64,000 bases of DNA from the human T2T-CHM13v2.0 reference genome, Homo sapiens. Below are positions 14,048 through 33,369 of the stretch, piece after piece. The stretch lies in the NCBI RefSeq assembly GCF_009914755.1, contig NC_060928.1. One strand, given 5' to 3'. Position numbers and translations under genes: made by a program. The notes under the pieces are model-generated. The model was given only the letters and a program-made list of their open reading frames with translations. It did no database searches and had not been told where the DNA came from. Numbering within the stretch: the first letter of the stretch is position 1; each line of letters opens with the position of its first letter.

Positions 14048-15029
14048 TAGTCTTGTATTGTTGACATCCGCCAAAACTCACCAATCAATTGATATCAAAA
14101 AAACACCTATAATCACACAACATACACAGTTTTTTTTATTTAGCTTGCTATGGCAACGGAGAACATACCCAGGGAACCATTAGGAGCATCTTAGTAAAGT
14201 GAAACTAGAAGGGGCTTCTTATGGACTCTGGACAAGTGTTGGAGGGCTCTGAGAACAGATTATGAAAGTAAGTTGGGTGCTATCAGAGAAGAGAGGCAAT
14301 TCGATAATGGGTATCTCAATGATGTCCCCCAGAAGCAGGGACAATGAAAACTAAAATCACATTGTCATTGCAAGGAAGCAGAGATCACTCAGAAAAGGGG
14401 ATGTGAGTCATTTTATGGTTGCAGCACAGCCTTGCCTTTGTTTAGCTAGAAACACTGTTGTTACTGGAAGCATCACTAAATTTCCTCTGACCATGTCTGC
14501 ATCCATCGAAAAGAGTGGTTGGTTTTGGTTAGAACCATCACTGATTGCAAGCAGGGCACATTTTTGTTTCCTCACGAATCCAACAGAACAGAAAATTATT
14601 AGTTTCTACTACCAGAGATGCTGGTGCTTCTCCTCAACCACTGGTTTGTTTTAATCTTATTAAGGCTAGAAATTGTAAAAAAGAGAAAAAGACTGACTCC
14701 ATCCTCTAAGTGACTGCTAGAACCTCCCAAGGCAACACAGCTACAGTGCATCTATTTGACACCAATGGAATCAGTAGCATCATCTTAATTTTCCTACCTT
14801 CTTTTCCCTTTACCCAATTTTATGGCTTATTTCCATTTTTTACTTTACATGTTTTGAAAATCACACCAATTTTTTTTTAGGCTAAAGCAGAGAGTAAATA
14901 AAAAATAACTGTCAAGCTTGGATTGTCTTTTATTTGTGAGCTCAGAATCAGGATGAGAAGAAGGTAGGAAGTTGTTATGAATGTGGATGGAAGTTACGGA
15001 CAATGCTGGGAAACAAGCCAGTATTAAGG

Positions 15030-15195
15030 ACTGTACCCATTTCTAAACTGGGCTCCATCGTTAACTGCCCTTGTGACCTACAGCAAGCATTGAACTTTCT
15101 TAAGCTTTATTTTCCTCATGTTTAAAGTAGAATAATATTGTACCAATATAGTTAGGATAAAATAAGAATTAGCATGTGAAAGACTTCTCATAATT
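15030..15195 (+). mobile_element. MIR
   Basis: TGTGACCT...AAGCTTTATTTTCCTCATGTTTAAAGT core. Confidence 0.65.
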
Positions 15196-15469
15196 TTACA
15201 TGACAATGTATGAATATTTTGTTAAAAATTTAGTGCCAAATTCTTTGTGCACAAAAGGCATATTGTTTAAACAAACTGGTATCTACCTATCTTAGAAATT
15301 TTTATTATTAACAGATTTAAAGCCAAATATAACAATATACGCAAAAGTAGGAGAATGGGTTTCTAAATTTTTGGAAAACAATAATACTCAGGAGTTCTTA
15401 AGATGCATGAAAGGCAACTGAATTTCATGACAGAAATAGTAAGAAAGAAGGAATAAGAAAATGTTTCTT

Positions 15470-15882
<413 letters not shown>

Positions 15883-16389
15883 TCATAAATACTAATCTAA
15901 TGAGCCCTGATTCAGATTCTAAATCATCCAATTAAATGCTAATTGGCTTATTCTCTTTAAAATGAGTTTACACTGATTCTATTCATTTCCTGATCTTTGG
16001 ACGTATGAGTCTAGTTTCCTTGATTAAAAAGGACCATGGCTGGATGGTACTAATAAGAAAGCAAGCACATAAAGTATCACAGAGCCTCATGGCCAACATA
16101 GCATAAAAGTATCTATGAAGACGCAAAATATACTTTTACCATATATGCCTGGATTTTACACTAACATAAGTATTGTATCCTACAAAGAGTCATAGAGACA
16201 CATTGTGCTCATTTCTATACTGTCATACTTATCAAAATTTATATGCAGTTCATCTTTGCAAATTGTCTTCAGAGACGGTTTAGAGGCAACATACGATAAC
16301 CATTTTTGCATCAGACTCTCATCTACATATCAACCACACATAGCCTTCTTTTCCACAGTCACCTCTCATTCAATTAAAATGGCTCTGAA

Positions 16390-17150
16390 TGAATGACCTT
16401 TGGTTGTTTACAAATACCAAGTCTGCCTGTAAGAGCTTAAGCTTTGCTGCCATTGAAGACATGCAGACATCAGCTCCAGAATGTGCTATGGTTGAGTTCT
16501 GCATAAGTCTCACCTGATGGGAGTATCCTCAGAGAAGAGCTGGCTGTTGCACAGGAGGCAATGCTCCCTGGAAAGGAACCCAGCTCCTATGCCTGGGAAA
16601 CAGTCACATTGCTTCAGGGTCATGTTTTGAAAATACTGTGTATAGCCTATGCATAAAACTCTTGTAAAACATTTGCAAAGACACCTGATACTTTCTATTC
16701 TTAGCTCAAGAGTTCAACTCATTTTATTTAAAAGATATTAAAATATTAAGTTTGCAGAAGGCTGGTATTACAAAAACCTGATATTCAACAGAAGTAGAGT
16801 GAATTAAGATGGTAGAAGTTTGCTTCCATTCACATTCTCCATGAAGCCAAGAGACCACAAGTCTACCTAGAAGATTTCGTATCTTTCCAGGTAATCACTT
16901 TAAAAGGTGACTCAGACCAGTGTGTAGGTCTATGTTTATCTTTCTGTCCATCCTAAACCACCCCTGTGAGCAGGATACAGATAAGGAAAAGGGAAGATTG
17001 TTTCACTAGTCTGGCAGGCAAAGTCTAGATAACTGATTGAAAGATGCCATTATGGGACATAGGCTGTGTTCAGCCTACCTAGTTGTAAGGCACACGATAA
17101 GATAAAAATCCCAGGAAAGATACATTTTGGAAATCCTGCTTTGACTCAGT
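16390..17150. promoter_or_regulatory. Candidate enhancer (nuclear receptor/HNF4, FOXA, GATA, AP-1 motif cluster)
   Basis: TGACCTTTG 16394, TGTTTAC 16405, TGACTCA 16908 and 17142, GATAA-type sites at 16936, 16979, 17027, 17096 and 17101, in apparently non-repeat DNA. Motifs only. Confidence 0.35.
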
Positions 17151-17576
17151 TTTTCAACAGGCATTGTCATGGTGATGAGAAGAGAAAAACTTGGGAGAAA
17201 ACGCTAGAAGAAATTAAAATGATGCGACATGATATCTACATAAGGTTTTCCCTGACATAGACCTTGTCAGGGGCCTTGCCAGATATTTATGACACTGTGG
17301 ATGCCATGTGGTTAGTGGAACTTCCAGAGTTCCTGTAAGCCACACCAGCATCTGATCTCTGAGTTTCTATAGGGCCATGGCTAGTAGGTTGATAGATCTT
17401 GGTGATACTGAAACGTTAATACAGCCAAGGCCATTTTGGGTGTACATGTAGGTGTGTGCCTATGTGGGTGAAATTGCTGATTTTATCTCCCACAATATGC
17501 TGAGTGATCATGAAAGTAACATTTTAAATGTGAGTCCAGAGTATCAACTGGTTTTATCAAAACCTAATTGGAAAAA

Positions 17577-17577
<1 letters not shown>

Positions 17578-17615
<38 letters not shown>
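17578..17615. repeat. (TA)n microsatellite
   Basis: Perfect TA run. Confidence 0.95.
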
Positions 17616-17618
<3 letters not shown>

Positions 17619-18165
17619 CACCTCTCTAGGATATTTTTGGTGTTTTTTATAATTGTTATTTTCATTGTAGTAAGAGTATTTAAATGAGATCTACCCTTTT
17701 AACAAATTTTAAGTGTACAATAGAGTATCATTGATGAATATAAATACATTATTAAAAAGATACATGTTGGTGAGGTTATGTAGAAACTGGAACCCTTGTA
17801 CATTGTTGGTGGGAATGTAACATAGTGCTGCCACTACGGAAAATAGTATAGAGTTTCCTCAAAAACTTAAAAATATAACTGCTGTATGATCCAGCAATCC
17901 CACTGATTGGTATTTATCTAAAAGAATTGAAACTCAGATTTTGAAGAGATAGTATTTGCACCCCTATTTTCATTGCAACATTATTTACAGCAGCCAGGAT
18001 GTGGAAAAGTGTCCATTGATGGATAAATGTGTAAAGAAAATGTGGTATATACAGACAAGGAATTTTATTCAGCCTTTAAAAAAAGGAAATTCTGCAATGC
18101 AACAACATGAAGGAACACGGAGGACATTATACTAAGTTAAATAAATGAGACACAGAAGGGCCAGT

Positions 18166-18871
<706 letters not shown>

Positions 18872-19549
18872 CCAATACTGTATGATTCTTTTATATGATG
18901 AATGTAAAACAGTAAAACTCTTAAATGCAGAGAGTAGAATGGTAGTTACTAGGGACTAAAAAGAGGGGGTAACTGGGAATTACTATTCAGCAGGTACAAA
19001 ATTTCAGTTAACCAAAATGAATTAGTTCTAGAGATCTGCTGCACAACACTATGCCTATTGCCATTGTCGTTTTCTTGTTTTGGTTTGGTTTGGTTTTATG
19101 CTTAATTTCTTCTTAAAAAAAATTATTGACTCAAGCCCTATTTAGCTGTCCAGGAAATCTATGGGGGAACAAAGAACTATAACACACCAGTCACCCAGTC
19201 TGTCCCCTTTCCACTCTGTTAGAGTGAGATGTCTTAGATAGATTTGATCTCAGGCTCCAATCCTGTCACTCAGTTATGCTTAGCATTCCAAGATCCTTAG
19301 CAAGACATAAACGTCCTGTCACTGTGGCTGCTACCAACCACTCTAGCTGCAACTCTTGCCTCTTCCCTATATGCAGTCTAGGTTCCAACAGTACTGAACC
19401 ACTGAATTCCTTGAATTTGAATACGATTTAACACTTCCTTGCCTCATGTGACATTCTTTGGTCAGAATCCATTTCCTGGCTCTCTTTTTTGCCTTGATAA
19501 TAGTAGCTGTATTCCTAGGCTGCTTATTTACATATATCTTCTGGGAAGC

Positions 19550-20112
19550 CTTTCTTTTTAAAATTTGTACAAATTTATGGGGTATGTGTGACTTTTTTTA
19601 TGTGTTTATAGCATGGAGTGATTTCAAGTCAGGGTATTCAGGGTGTCCATTACCCCAGTACAATACGTTTTTGTTAACTATAGTCACTCTGCTATCAAAC
19701 ATTGGATTTATTCCTTCTATTTAACTGTATGTTTGTACCATTTAACCAGTCCTTTTCATCTTTCCCCGTCTCCCTGACTCACCTTTCCCATTCTCTGTTG
19801 TCTGTCTTTACTCTCTACTTTTAGGTGACCAAACTTTTTAGCTCCCACATATCAGTGAGAAAATACAATAATTGCCTTTTTGTATCTGGCTTATTTCATT
19901 TAAGATAATGACTCCAGTTTGATGTTTATGCAAATGACATTACTTCATTCTATTTTATGGCTGAATAGTTTTCCATTTTGTTTATGTATGCCACATTTTT
20001 GTGAGCCATTCATCATTGATGGACATTTAGGTTGATTTTATATCTTTGCTATTCTGAGTAGTGCTGCAATAAACATGTTAGTGCAGGTATCTCTTTGATA
20101 TACAGATTTCTT
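19550..20112 (-). mobile_element. L1MA 3' end inserted in an L2 relic
   Basis: Reverse L1MA 3'UTR; TSD TTCTG(G/T)GAAGCCTTT. Confidence 0.85.
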
Positions 20113-20229
20113 TCTGTGAAGCCTTTTGTGATTTAACCTCCAGTTTCATCTATTAGACATCTATTATTTACTGACCAGTATCTATTCTAACAACATTATC
20201 ATGGACATCCTTAAATAAATGTCTCCTAC

Positions 20230-20327
20230 TACAGGTTTCAAGTTTGCCTGGGATTGAAGGGTTGGAGGATGTGGGACTTCCAATGCAAAAACTGGGACAG
20301 TGAAAACCAGGATAGTTGGTCACCCTA
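20230..20327. mobile_element. MER81/MER94-type hAT-Blackjack MITE
   Basis: Ends GTTGGTCACCCTA; internal GGGAC motifs. Confidence 0.7.
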
Positions 20328-20566
20328 CCATGGATGGGACCTGACCTTCTGTCTAGTCACTTTTGTTTAAAATATATTTCCCCCATTAAGCTTTGATGTT
20401 CTTTGAAGGCAATGTCCTCCTGTTGGTCCTTGGCATATAATACTTTTCTTGATGCTTAATAAATATTCAGTGAATGATTTTCTATTTTCAAAGGGCTTAA
20501 AATAGCTCTTGGGGTATGAACATATTTATTTTATGGGTTGTTTCCTTCCTGTTAATAGTAGCACTG

Positions 20567-23121
<2,555 letters not shown>

Positions 23122-23564
23122 CACTGTTAATAAGAGTTTAATTAAAAACCCCCAGAAACAGTCTAAATGTCCATTAACCAAATAATGTATAAGTACATGT
23201 TGAATAAATATACTATGGTCCAGTCACTGGAATAGTATACAGAAACAAAAATTAGTTGACTACCAATGTACAAAGCAGATTGATGAATCTTGAAATTATA
23301 ATTTGTATTATATTTGGAAGATACAAAAGAATACATAATAAAATACGTATCAAATATATTTTAATATCTGCTAAAGGGGAAAAGAAAAAAGACTTCCATT
23401 ATCAATCAATATGTGTGGGATTTTATTATTTTCATCAATACTATTACTTTTAGAAGCAGCTACTACTATTGAACATTCATTCCATGCCACACATTTAGCC
23501 CTTAATATACATTATCTTATTTGATTTTACTTTTTCAATAACTCTGCACTCTATAGGTGAAGAA

Positions 23565-23661
23565 ACCAAGATACTGAGGTAGTAAATGCCTTACCAAGAT
23601 ATTGAGGTAGTAAATGCCTTACCTTGCCTTGCCAAACCAAGATACTGAGGTAATAAATGCC
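23565..23661 (+). repeat. Three copies of a ~28-bp unit inside a MIR
   Basis: ACCAAGATAYTGAGGTARTAAATGCC at 23565, 23593 and 23636. Confidence 0.9.
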
Positions 23662-23795
23662 ATATAAATATGCTGTTAGTGTTAAAGCCAGATTTCAATG
23701 CTGGTCCTACCTGGATTCAAAACTAACATTTGTTCAATGTACTATATTAATAATCCATCTAATGATCTCAATTATCTGTTAATGTGAATGCTCTT

Positions 23796-24340
23796 TGTGG
23801 TAAACACACTGCAGGGGTCCCCCTCCTCCTATCTCCATGATCCTTGCCTCCCAGTATTTATGTCTTTGTATAATCTTTTCTGCTTGAGTTGAGGCAGGAC
23901 CTGTTACTTGCTTCTAACCAGTAGAATATGGCAAAGGTGATAGATGTCACTTCTGTGATTACATTACATTATATAGGATTCCATCTTGCTATCAGAATTA
24001 TTCTGGAGACTGTCTCCTTAGGCCCATATGACAGCCCTCAGCTCAAGATAGTCTCCAGCTAATTTCCAGCAAGAAGCCAGGGCTCTGAGTCCTAGAGGCA
24101 CATGGAAATGAATTCTGCCAACAGTCAGCTTGAAAGAGGATGCTTCTCTAGTTGAGCCTCCACATGAGAACCCAGCCCAGCTGACGGCTTGAGTACAGCT
24201 TTATAAGACCCTAAGCAGAGGACCCCCGCTTAATTTGTGCCTTAATTCCTGCCCTAAAACACAATTAGGTAATAAATGGGTGCTGTTCTCAGTTGCTATG
24301 CTTGTGATAGTTTGTTATGCTACAAAAGAAAATGAATACA
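23796..24340 (+). mobile_element. MLT1E/F-like MaLR LTR
   Basis: ACTTGCTTCTAACCAGTAGAATATGGCAAAGGTGA, GAATTCTGCCAACA, ends GAAAATGAATACA. Confidence 0.82.
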
Positions 24341-24587
24341 CTATCTTTTTTAAAAAATCATTTTTTTCCTCAAAGACAAGTTATGCACTTATTATGGGAG
24401 ATTATTCTACATGTTTATAGAAGGCCTTAACCAGAGTTTGGAACTGGACTGCCTGCCTGATGATGTAATTATAGGAATTATATCCCAAAAATTAGTAATA
24501 TTATGAAACTTGTAAGAGTACAAAATAATATCTTTGTGCATACTGCCCACTTTGAAGCTCAGTTAGTGCTACTTTGACTAGGTATGG

Positions 24588-24932
24588 TGTCATGCTGAGG
24601 GTCAGGTTCCAGCCCCAGCTGAGGGTTGAGGGGAGTGGGTGGACATGGGGCAGGGAGCTGGAAGAACACTTGAGAGACAGCAGGTAAATGAGACATGGCT
24701 TTATTCAGAAGCCTCTTCTCAGGGTCAGTGTTACATTTATACACTACACAAACAATAGTGGCTGAGAGCCAGATTGGGTGCTTTTCTATGTTATGTCAAC
24801 ATGGCTATGATTATATAAGGCATGGGACTATGTGCCTGTGCTACAAACTCGCTGAGTCATCCAGGCTGTTTACCTTGGCCTATGCCTGCTGCCCTATGCC
24901 TGCTTGGCTGCAGCACAGCCATGTTCCTTACA
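24588..24932 (-). mobile_element. Solo LTR, LTR18-family-like (ERVL/HERV-S)
   Basis: 345 bp TG...CA with perfect TSD TATGG; minus-strand TATATAA and AATAAA; ATGACTCAGCG AP-1 site. Family name from recall. Confidence 0.75.
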
Positions 24933-25964
24933 TATGGCATTGTTGAAATTGAAATGTCATAGCCACACTGCAGAAGAGAGACATCCACCAGTCCTCATTA
25001 GACAACATAGCTGTATTAAATCCTGCTCTCTTCAGAAGCCAAGACCTATGCATTCCTTCATGAATAGCTTTTAAAGGTTAATTAAAAGCAGTGAGTAATA
25101 AAAATTTATAAGCTTCTGCTTATAATTTTTAATGGTACCATTTCTGACCTTTTGATTGTGATCCCATGATGTACTATCCAGATGCCAGTTGTTCACTGTT
25201 CCCAACAACTTAAAGGAGAACTCAACAGAACATAGAGTCCTTGCTTTTCCAGGAAAGTTTCTTCAAGGTTTGTTCTGGTGATGACAAATTCCTATGGCTG
25301 TTAGGTTTTCTGTTGTGAATGGGATATTCTTTTCTTGGAGATTCACAATCTACATTAGCATTTAATAAATATCAAAAAGTTTCAACTAAGAAAAATAATT
25401 AACAATTTCTTTACTAGCATTACATGTACTTATTTGTCCTCAGAAAGCTTTCTCAAAAACACCTTAAAAACTTAATAACTCCTGCTTGAGAAAGAGTGTG
25501 TGAAAAGAATGAACTCATCAATTTGGAATCTTTATTTTAAAAAATATTTACAGTAGCCTTCACACTTGAAATTTGAAGCATCAAATCTATTAAATAACAA
25601 AACAATATCAGAGCAAGTAAAACTAAAAGTTCACATGGAAAAATTTAACAATAAAACATTATTAGAAACTAAGTAGTAATATGTGACCAAGACTGGTCAA
25701 GAGATAAACTTGCACATATTAATGCTGTTATGCTCAGCTTTTATGTCCCAGATAAGACTAATAAAGAATGATGTCAATGTTAGGAAGGAAGATTAACTAC
25801 ATAGCAATATATTTGTATTGTCAATTTGAATATTTTACTGAAATATCAGCAAATGGTATATATTTGAATTTTCTAACACAGAAGTAAATTGTCTTCTGTC
25901 TTCAAATTTTATTTGTATTCACCAACACCAATAAGGCAGGGGTATGTTCCCACATGCCAACTTA

Positions 25965-26380
25965 GCTACAGTGATCTCTTTGCAGTTTCATAAACACAGC
26001 ACCATCTCCCACCTTAGCACTTACTGTCTTTCTGCCTGAAATTCTCTTCCTCCAAATGTCTGAATGGCTTACTCCCTTGTTTTATCCAGGTATTTGCTCA
26101 AATATCTCATCAGCTCTTTCCTGGCTACCTTCCAAAAAGTGGCACATCACCAGCCTCACTTCCTCATCCCTTTACTCTTTATATTTTTCTTAATTGAAAT
26201 AATCTATACTTGAGATAGTTTCTGTTGGCTTACTTGCTTATTGACTATTTACCCTAGATACCCAACTGCAATATAGGTTTCTTGACAGCAGAGATTTTGT
26301 TCAGTTGTGGATCCCCAGCATGTAGCATAGAGCATAATTCTCAGGAAGTATGAAATAAATAGCGCATGAATTAATGGAAT
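25965..26380 (+). mobile_element. L2 3' fragment
   Basis: Pyrimidine-rich L2 motifs (TGCTCAAATATCTC, AGCAGAGATTTTG) ending in ATGAATTAATGG. Confidence 0.7.
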
Positions 26381-26981
26381 AGCAGAAGTTCATCCTTCAG
26401 AAGAGACTTATGGGCAGTCGTTTAAGGTAAGTTTAACATAGGAAAAGCAGTGAAATTCACCATATTAAGACTAAAAAAGAAATATGCAATCATCTCAATG
26501 CATATAAAAACACATTTAACAAAATCTGACATATATTTTTAATGAAAACTGTGCACACACTAGAAATAGAAGGGAACCCTCTCAACCTGATAATCATAAC
26601 TACAAGAAAAGCTACAGCTAACATCACAATGGTAAAAGACTAGATGCTAGATGCTTTCTTCTAATATTGGAAACAAGGCAAGGATGTCCACTGCCAGCAC
26701 TTATATTCAACATTACACTAGAGGTCCTAGTCAGTAAAATAAGGTGAGAAAAAAATTAATAAAAGCCCTCCAGAAAGGAAAAAGAGCAAATGAAACAAGT
26801 CTATTTACAGATGACATAATTGTCTATATAGAGCATTATATGGAGTCTATTAAAATGTTACTAGATCCAATATGTGAATTTAGCAAGATGGCAGAGTAAG
26901 AAATGAAACATACAAAATTTATTGTGTTTCTATAAACTAGTGATGAATAATTGGAAAATGAAATTTTAAAACATTATCATT

Positions 26982-29275
<2,294 letters not shown>

Positions 29276-29479
29276 TTTTTTAAATATTGTCATTTATAAC
29301 AGCACCAAATTTATCAAATATTTAGAAACATTTTTGATAACATTTTAAAGTGTGTACACTCAAAACTGCAAAAATTGCTGAGAGAAAATTTTAAAAATAC
29401 CTAAATAAATAGAGTGATACTGTGTTAATGGATTGGAAGAGCTAAAAATTATTAAGATGTTGGTTCTCTTCAAACTGAC

Positions 29480-29733
29480 TTTTTAATTTTTTTTTATTAT
29501 ACTTTAAGTTCTAGGGTACATGTGCACAATGTGCAGGTTTGTTACATATGTACATGTTGGTGTGCTGCACCCATAAACTCGTCATTTACATTAGGTATAT
29601 CTCCTAATGCTATGCCTCCCCCCTCCCCCCACCCCACAACAGGCCCCGGTGTGTGATGTTCCCCTTCCTGTGTCCAAGTGTTCTCTTTGTTCAATTCCCA
29701 CCTATCAGTGAGAACATGTGGTGTTTGGTTTTT
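29480..29733 (-). mobile_element. L1PA (PA4/5-like) short 3' end
   Basis: Reverse L1PA 3'UTR (TTAAGTTCTAGGGTACATGTGCAC...). Confidence 0.92.
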
Positions 29734-31551
29734 AGATTTAATTAAATCCCAATAAAAATAATAGCAGGCTTTACTGTAGAACTTGGCAAGCTGATTCAAA
29801 GTTTACATGTAAACAAAGGACCTAGAATAGTCAAGATAGCTTTAAAAAGAGGAAAGTCTGAACACATGCAACACCTAAGTTTCAAGACATATTATGAAGC
29901 TATAATAATCGAGAGAGAGTGGTAATGGCATAAAAGCAGATGTATAGATCAATAAAAGAGAAAATAAAGTCCAAAAATAGAGTTTCACTTACATGGTCAA
30001 GATATTTTCACAAAGGTACCAAGGGAATTCAGTAGGGAAAATAATGGCTTTTCAACAAATGGTTCTAAAATTGTTAGATATTTACATGTAAAAAAAATGA
30101 GACCTGATTCATATATTGTACCCTTATAAAAATTAACTCAAAATGTATCACAGAATAAATACAAAACTAAAATATAAGACTTGTAGGAGAAAATATTTAT
30201 GACCCAGGTTTAAGCAGAGATTTCTTAGATGTAACTTGAAGAGAATAATCCATAAAATTAAAACGTGAAAAAAATAGTTGGGCTTAATCTATGTTAAACA
30301 TTTCTCCTCCTTGGAAGACATTGATAAGAGAATAAACAAACAAGTCAAAGACTGGAATAAATATTTGAAAATCGCATATTGGAATTGTAACCAATTAAGG
30401 AATTGTGACCAAAATATACAAAAATCTCTCAAAACACAACAAAATGAACACAGAGAACTCAATCTAAAAACTGGGTAAGAAATTTAAACAGTTACTTCAC
30501 TAGAGAAAATACATGGATGGAAAATAAATGAATAAAAAGATACTCAATATTATTTATAATTAGGGAAATAAAATTAAAACCACAATTAGATACCACTATT
30601 TTTCCATCAGAATGCTTAAAATTAAAAAGATTAATCAAAGTGTTGGCAAAGCTGTGGAGCAACTGGAACTTTCACACAGTGCTATTTGTAATGAAATATG
30701 GTACAGCCACTTTGGAAAACAGTTTATTAATTTATTCAAAAGTTAAACATATATCTTTCCTATGACTCAGCTATTCCACTGGGCATTTATGCAAGAGAGA
30801 TAAAAGCATATGTTCAAACAAATATTTGTATATGAATGTTCATAGCAGCTTTATTTTAAACAGCTGAAACCTAGAAGCAATCCAAATGTTCTTCAACAGG
30901 TGAGTGGATTAAAAAAATGTGGAATATTTATGCAATAGAATGTTTTTCAACCATATAAAAGAAGGAACTGTTGACACATCTAATTACCTGAATAAATATC
31001 AAATTATTTTGAATAAAGTGAGCCAGGTAAAAAAGAAGGCATATGATTTTATTTTATTTACATAATATTCTAGAAAATGCAAACTAATCTATTGTGACAG
31101 AATGTGGTTTGTATTTGCATGATGTAAGACAAGAAAGGGTGGGGAAAGGGATGGCAAAGAATCACAAGGACACTTTTAGAAGTAATAAATACACTTACTA
31201 TTTTCATCATAGTGGTAGTTTCACAGTTGTGTGACATATGCCAAAACATCAAATTGAGCACTTGAAATATATGCCATTTATTTTATATCTGTTACACTTC
31301 CACAAGCCTTTAAAAGAGGAAGAGAGAGAGCAAATTTGAAGTGACAGAGATAGAATGAAATTGCTTTCTGCTTGTTTCTACCATGATGCCCTCATTCAAT
31401 AAGCTGGTTACATTTCCTCATGGGTTTGTAGGACATATAATGAGAATATATATATATATATTATATATAGACTATGTATGTGTTATATATACATATATGT
31501 ATTTATACATATATACATTTAATCGTATACATATAAACATTTAATAATACT

Positions 31552-31695
31552 TCTTTAAAAAGGCCTCTGAGAGACCCCTTGTTCCTTCCACCATGTGAGG
31601 GTATAGCAAGAAGGTGACATCTGTGAGGAAGTGGGCCCTCACCAGTCACCAAATTTGTCAACACCTTGATCTTGGATTTCTCAGCCTCCAGAACT
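31552..31695 (+). mobile_element. MLT1A/B fragment between a TA-rich tract and (GA)n
   Basis: GAAGTGGGCCCTCACCAG...CAGCCTCCAGAACTGAGAG. Confidence 0.8.
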
Positions 31696-32128
31696 GAGAG
31701 AGTGAGTGAGAGAGAGAGAGAGAGAGAGAAGTGGTTAGCACATGCCTCCATTTTATTACTTTGTTGACTGATTCAAAATCATGAAGTTGAATCTTTAAAC
31801 TATTCGTAGCCTGAAATGGTTTGTGGTTTTAGAATTTCTTAACCTCAACTATCCCTTCCTCAGAAAAACTCACTTGGAAATTTGTTTAAATTATTAAAAG
31901 TAATCCCAAAGGAGAGTGGCCTAGTCAGGTCAATCATGATTCCCGTTTCTAAGGCAATGCATCTAGATTCAAAAAATAGGAGTAGATATTTCCAACTTAC
32001 AGTTATCTTAATCATTGGACTGTGCCCAGAGTCTATTCATAGTGCTGTTGCTTCCAGCATATATTTCACTATGGATCGAACTCCAATTATGCTTTCTATA
32101 ATTTTCTTTAAGTGCTAACAAGCAATGA

Positions 32129-32497
<369 letters not shown>

Positions 32498-32700
32498 CTT
32501 GCAATATTTTATTCCCGTCTTACTTTCCTATTTTTTAGTGATCATTAAAAATCCAGAAGCATATATTAGGTACAGTGTGGCAAAAAATAGAAATGATCAA
32601 ATCATTTTGAGGGCGTCAATGAAAGCTTTCAGTGAAGTTGGTTGAACTGCGCCTTGCAGGAAGAGGAAGAAGAATTCTCTAAGTAAACAGAAAGTTGCAT

Positions 32701-33070
32701 TGCTATGGTCTGCATGCTTGTGTCTCCCCAAAATATACAAAATATATATGTTAAAATCCTGCCTCCAAAGGTGATTGTATTAGAAAGTGGGACTTTTGGG
32801 AGGTATTTAGGTCATAAAGGCAGATTCCTAATGAATGGGATTAGCACATTTATAAAAAGGTCCCTGAGAAACCCTTTGTCCCTTCCACTATGTGAGTACA
32901 CAGCAAAAAGGTGTCATCTGTGAAGAAGTGGGCTCTCACCAGACACCAAATTTGCCAGCACCTTGATCTTGAGCTTCCCAGCCTCCAGAACTCTTAAATA
33001 TAAATTTGTGTTGTTTATAAACTATCCAGGTTATGGTATTTTGTTATAGCAGCTCAGATGAACTAAGACA
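32701..33070 (+). mobile_element. MLT1A-type MaLR solo LTR
   Basis: TGCTATGGTCTG...GAACTAAGACA with flanking TGCAT on both sides. Confidence 0.88.
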
Positions 33071-33369
33071 TGCATTCAAAAACAAAGAAAACTGCATAAA
33101 CCAATGCATGAACTAGAAGCAGTGGCATGTGCCTTGGGGATCTGCAAGAAGTTCTATATGGCTATTGCACAGCATAGAGACTGTATGTAGAAGGAAGGTA
33201 CACAGACAGGAAGAGGGTCCCAGAGAGGAGTAATGGTATATTTTTGTAATTTAAAATAATTCAGTACAGACAGAGGGATATATGTGTTTATCTACAACTT
33301 ATTATAAATCTACACATCTACACCCTTGAGTAATTGGTTAACATTTGAGAGGAATTTTCCTAATATTGC

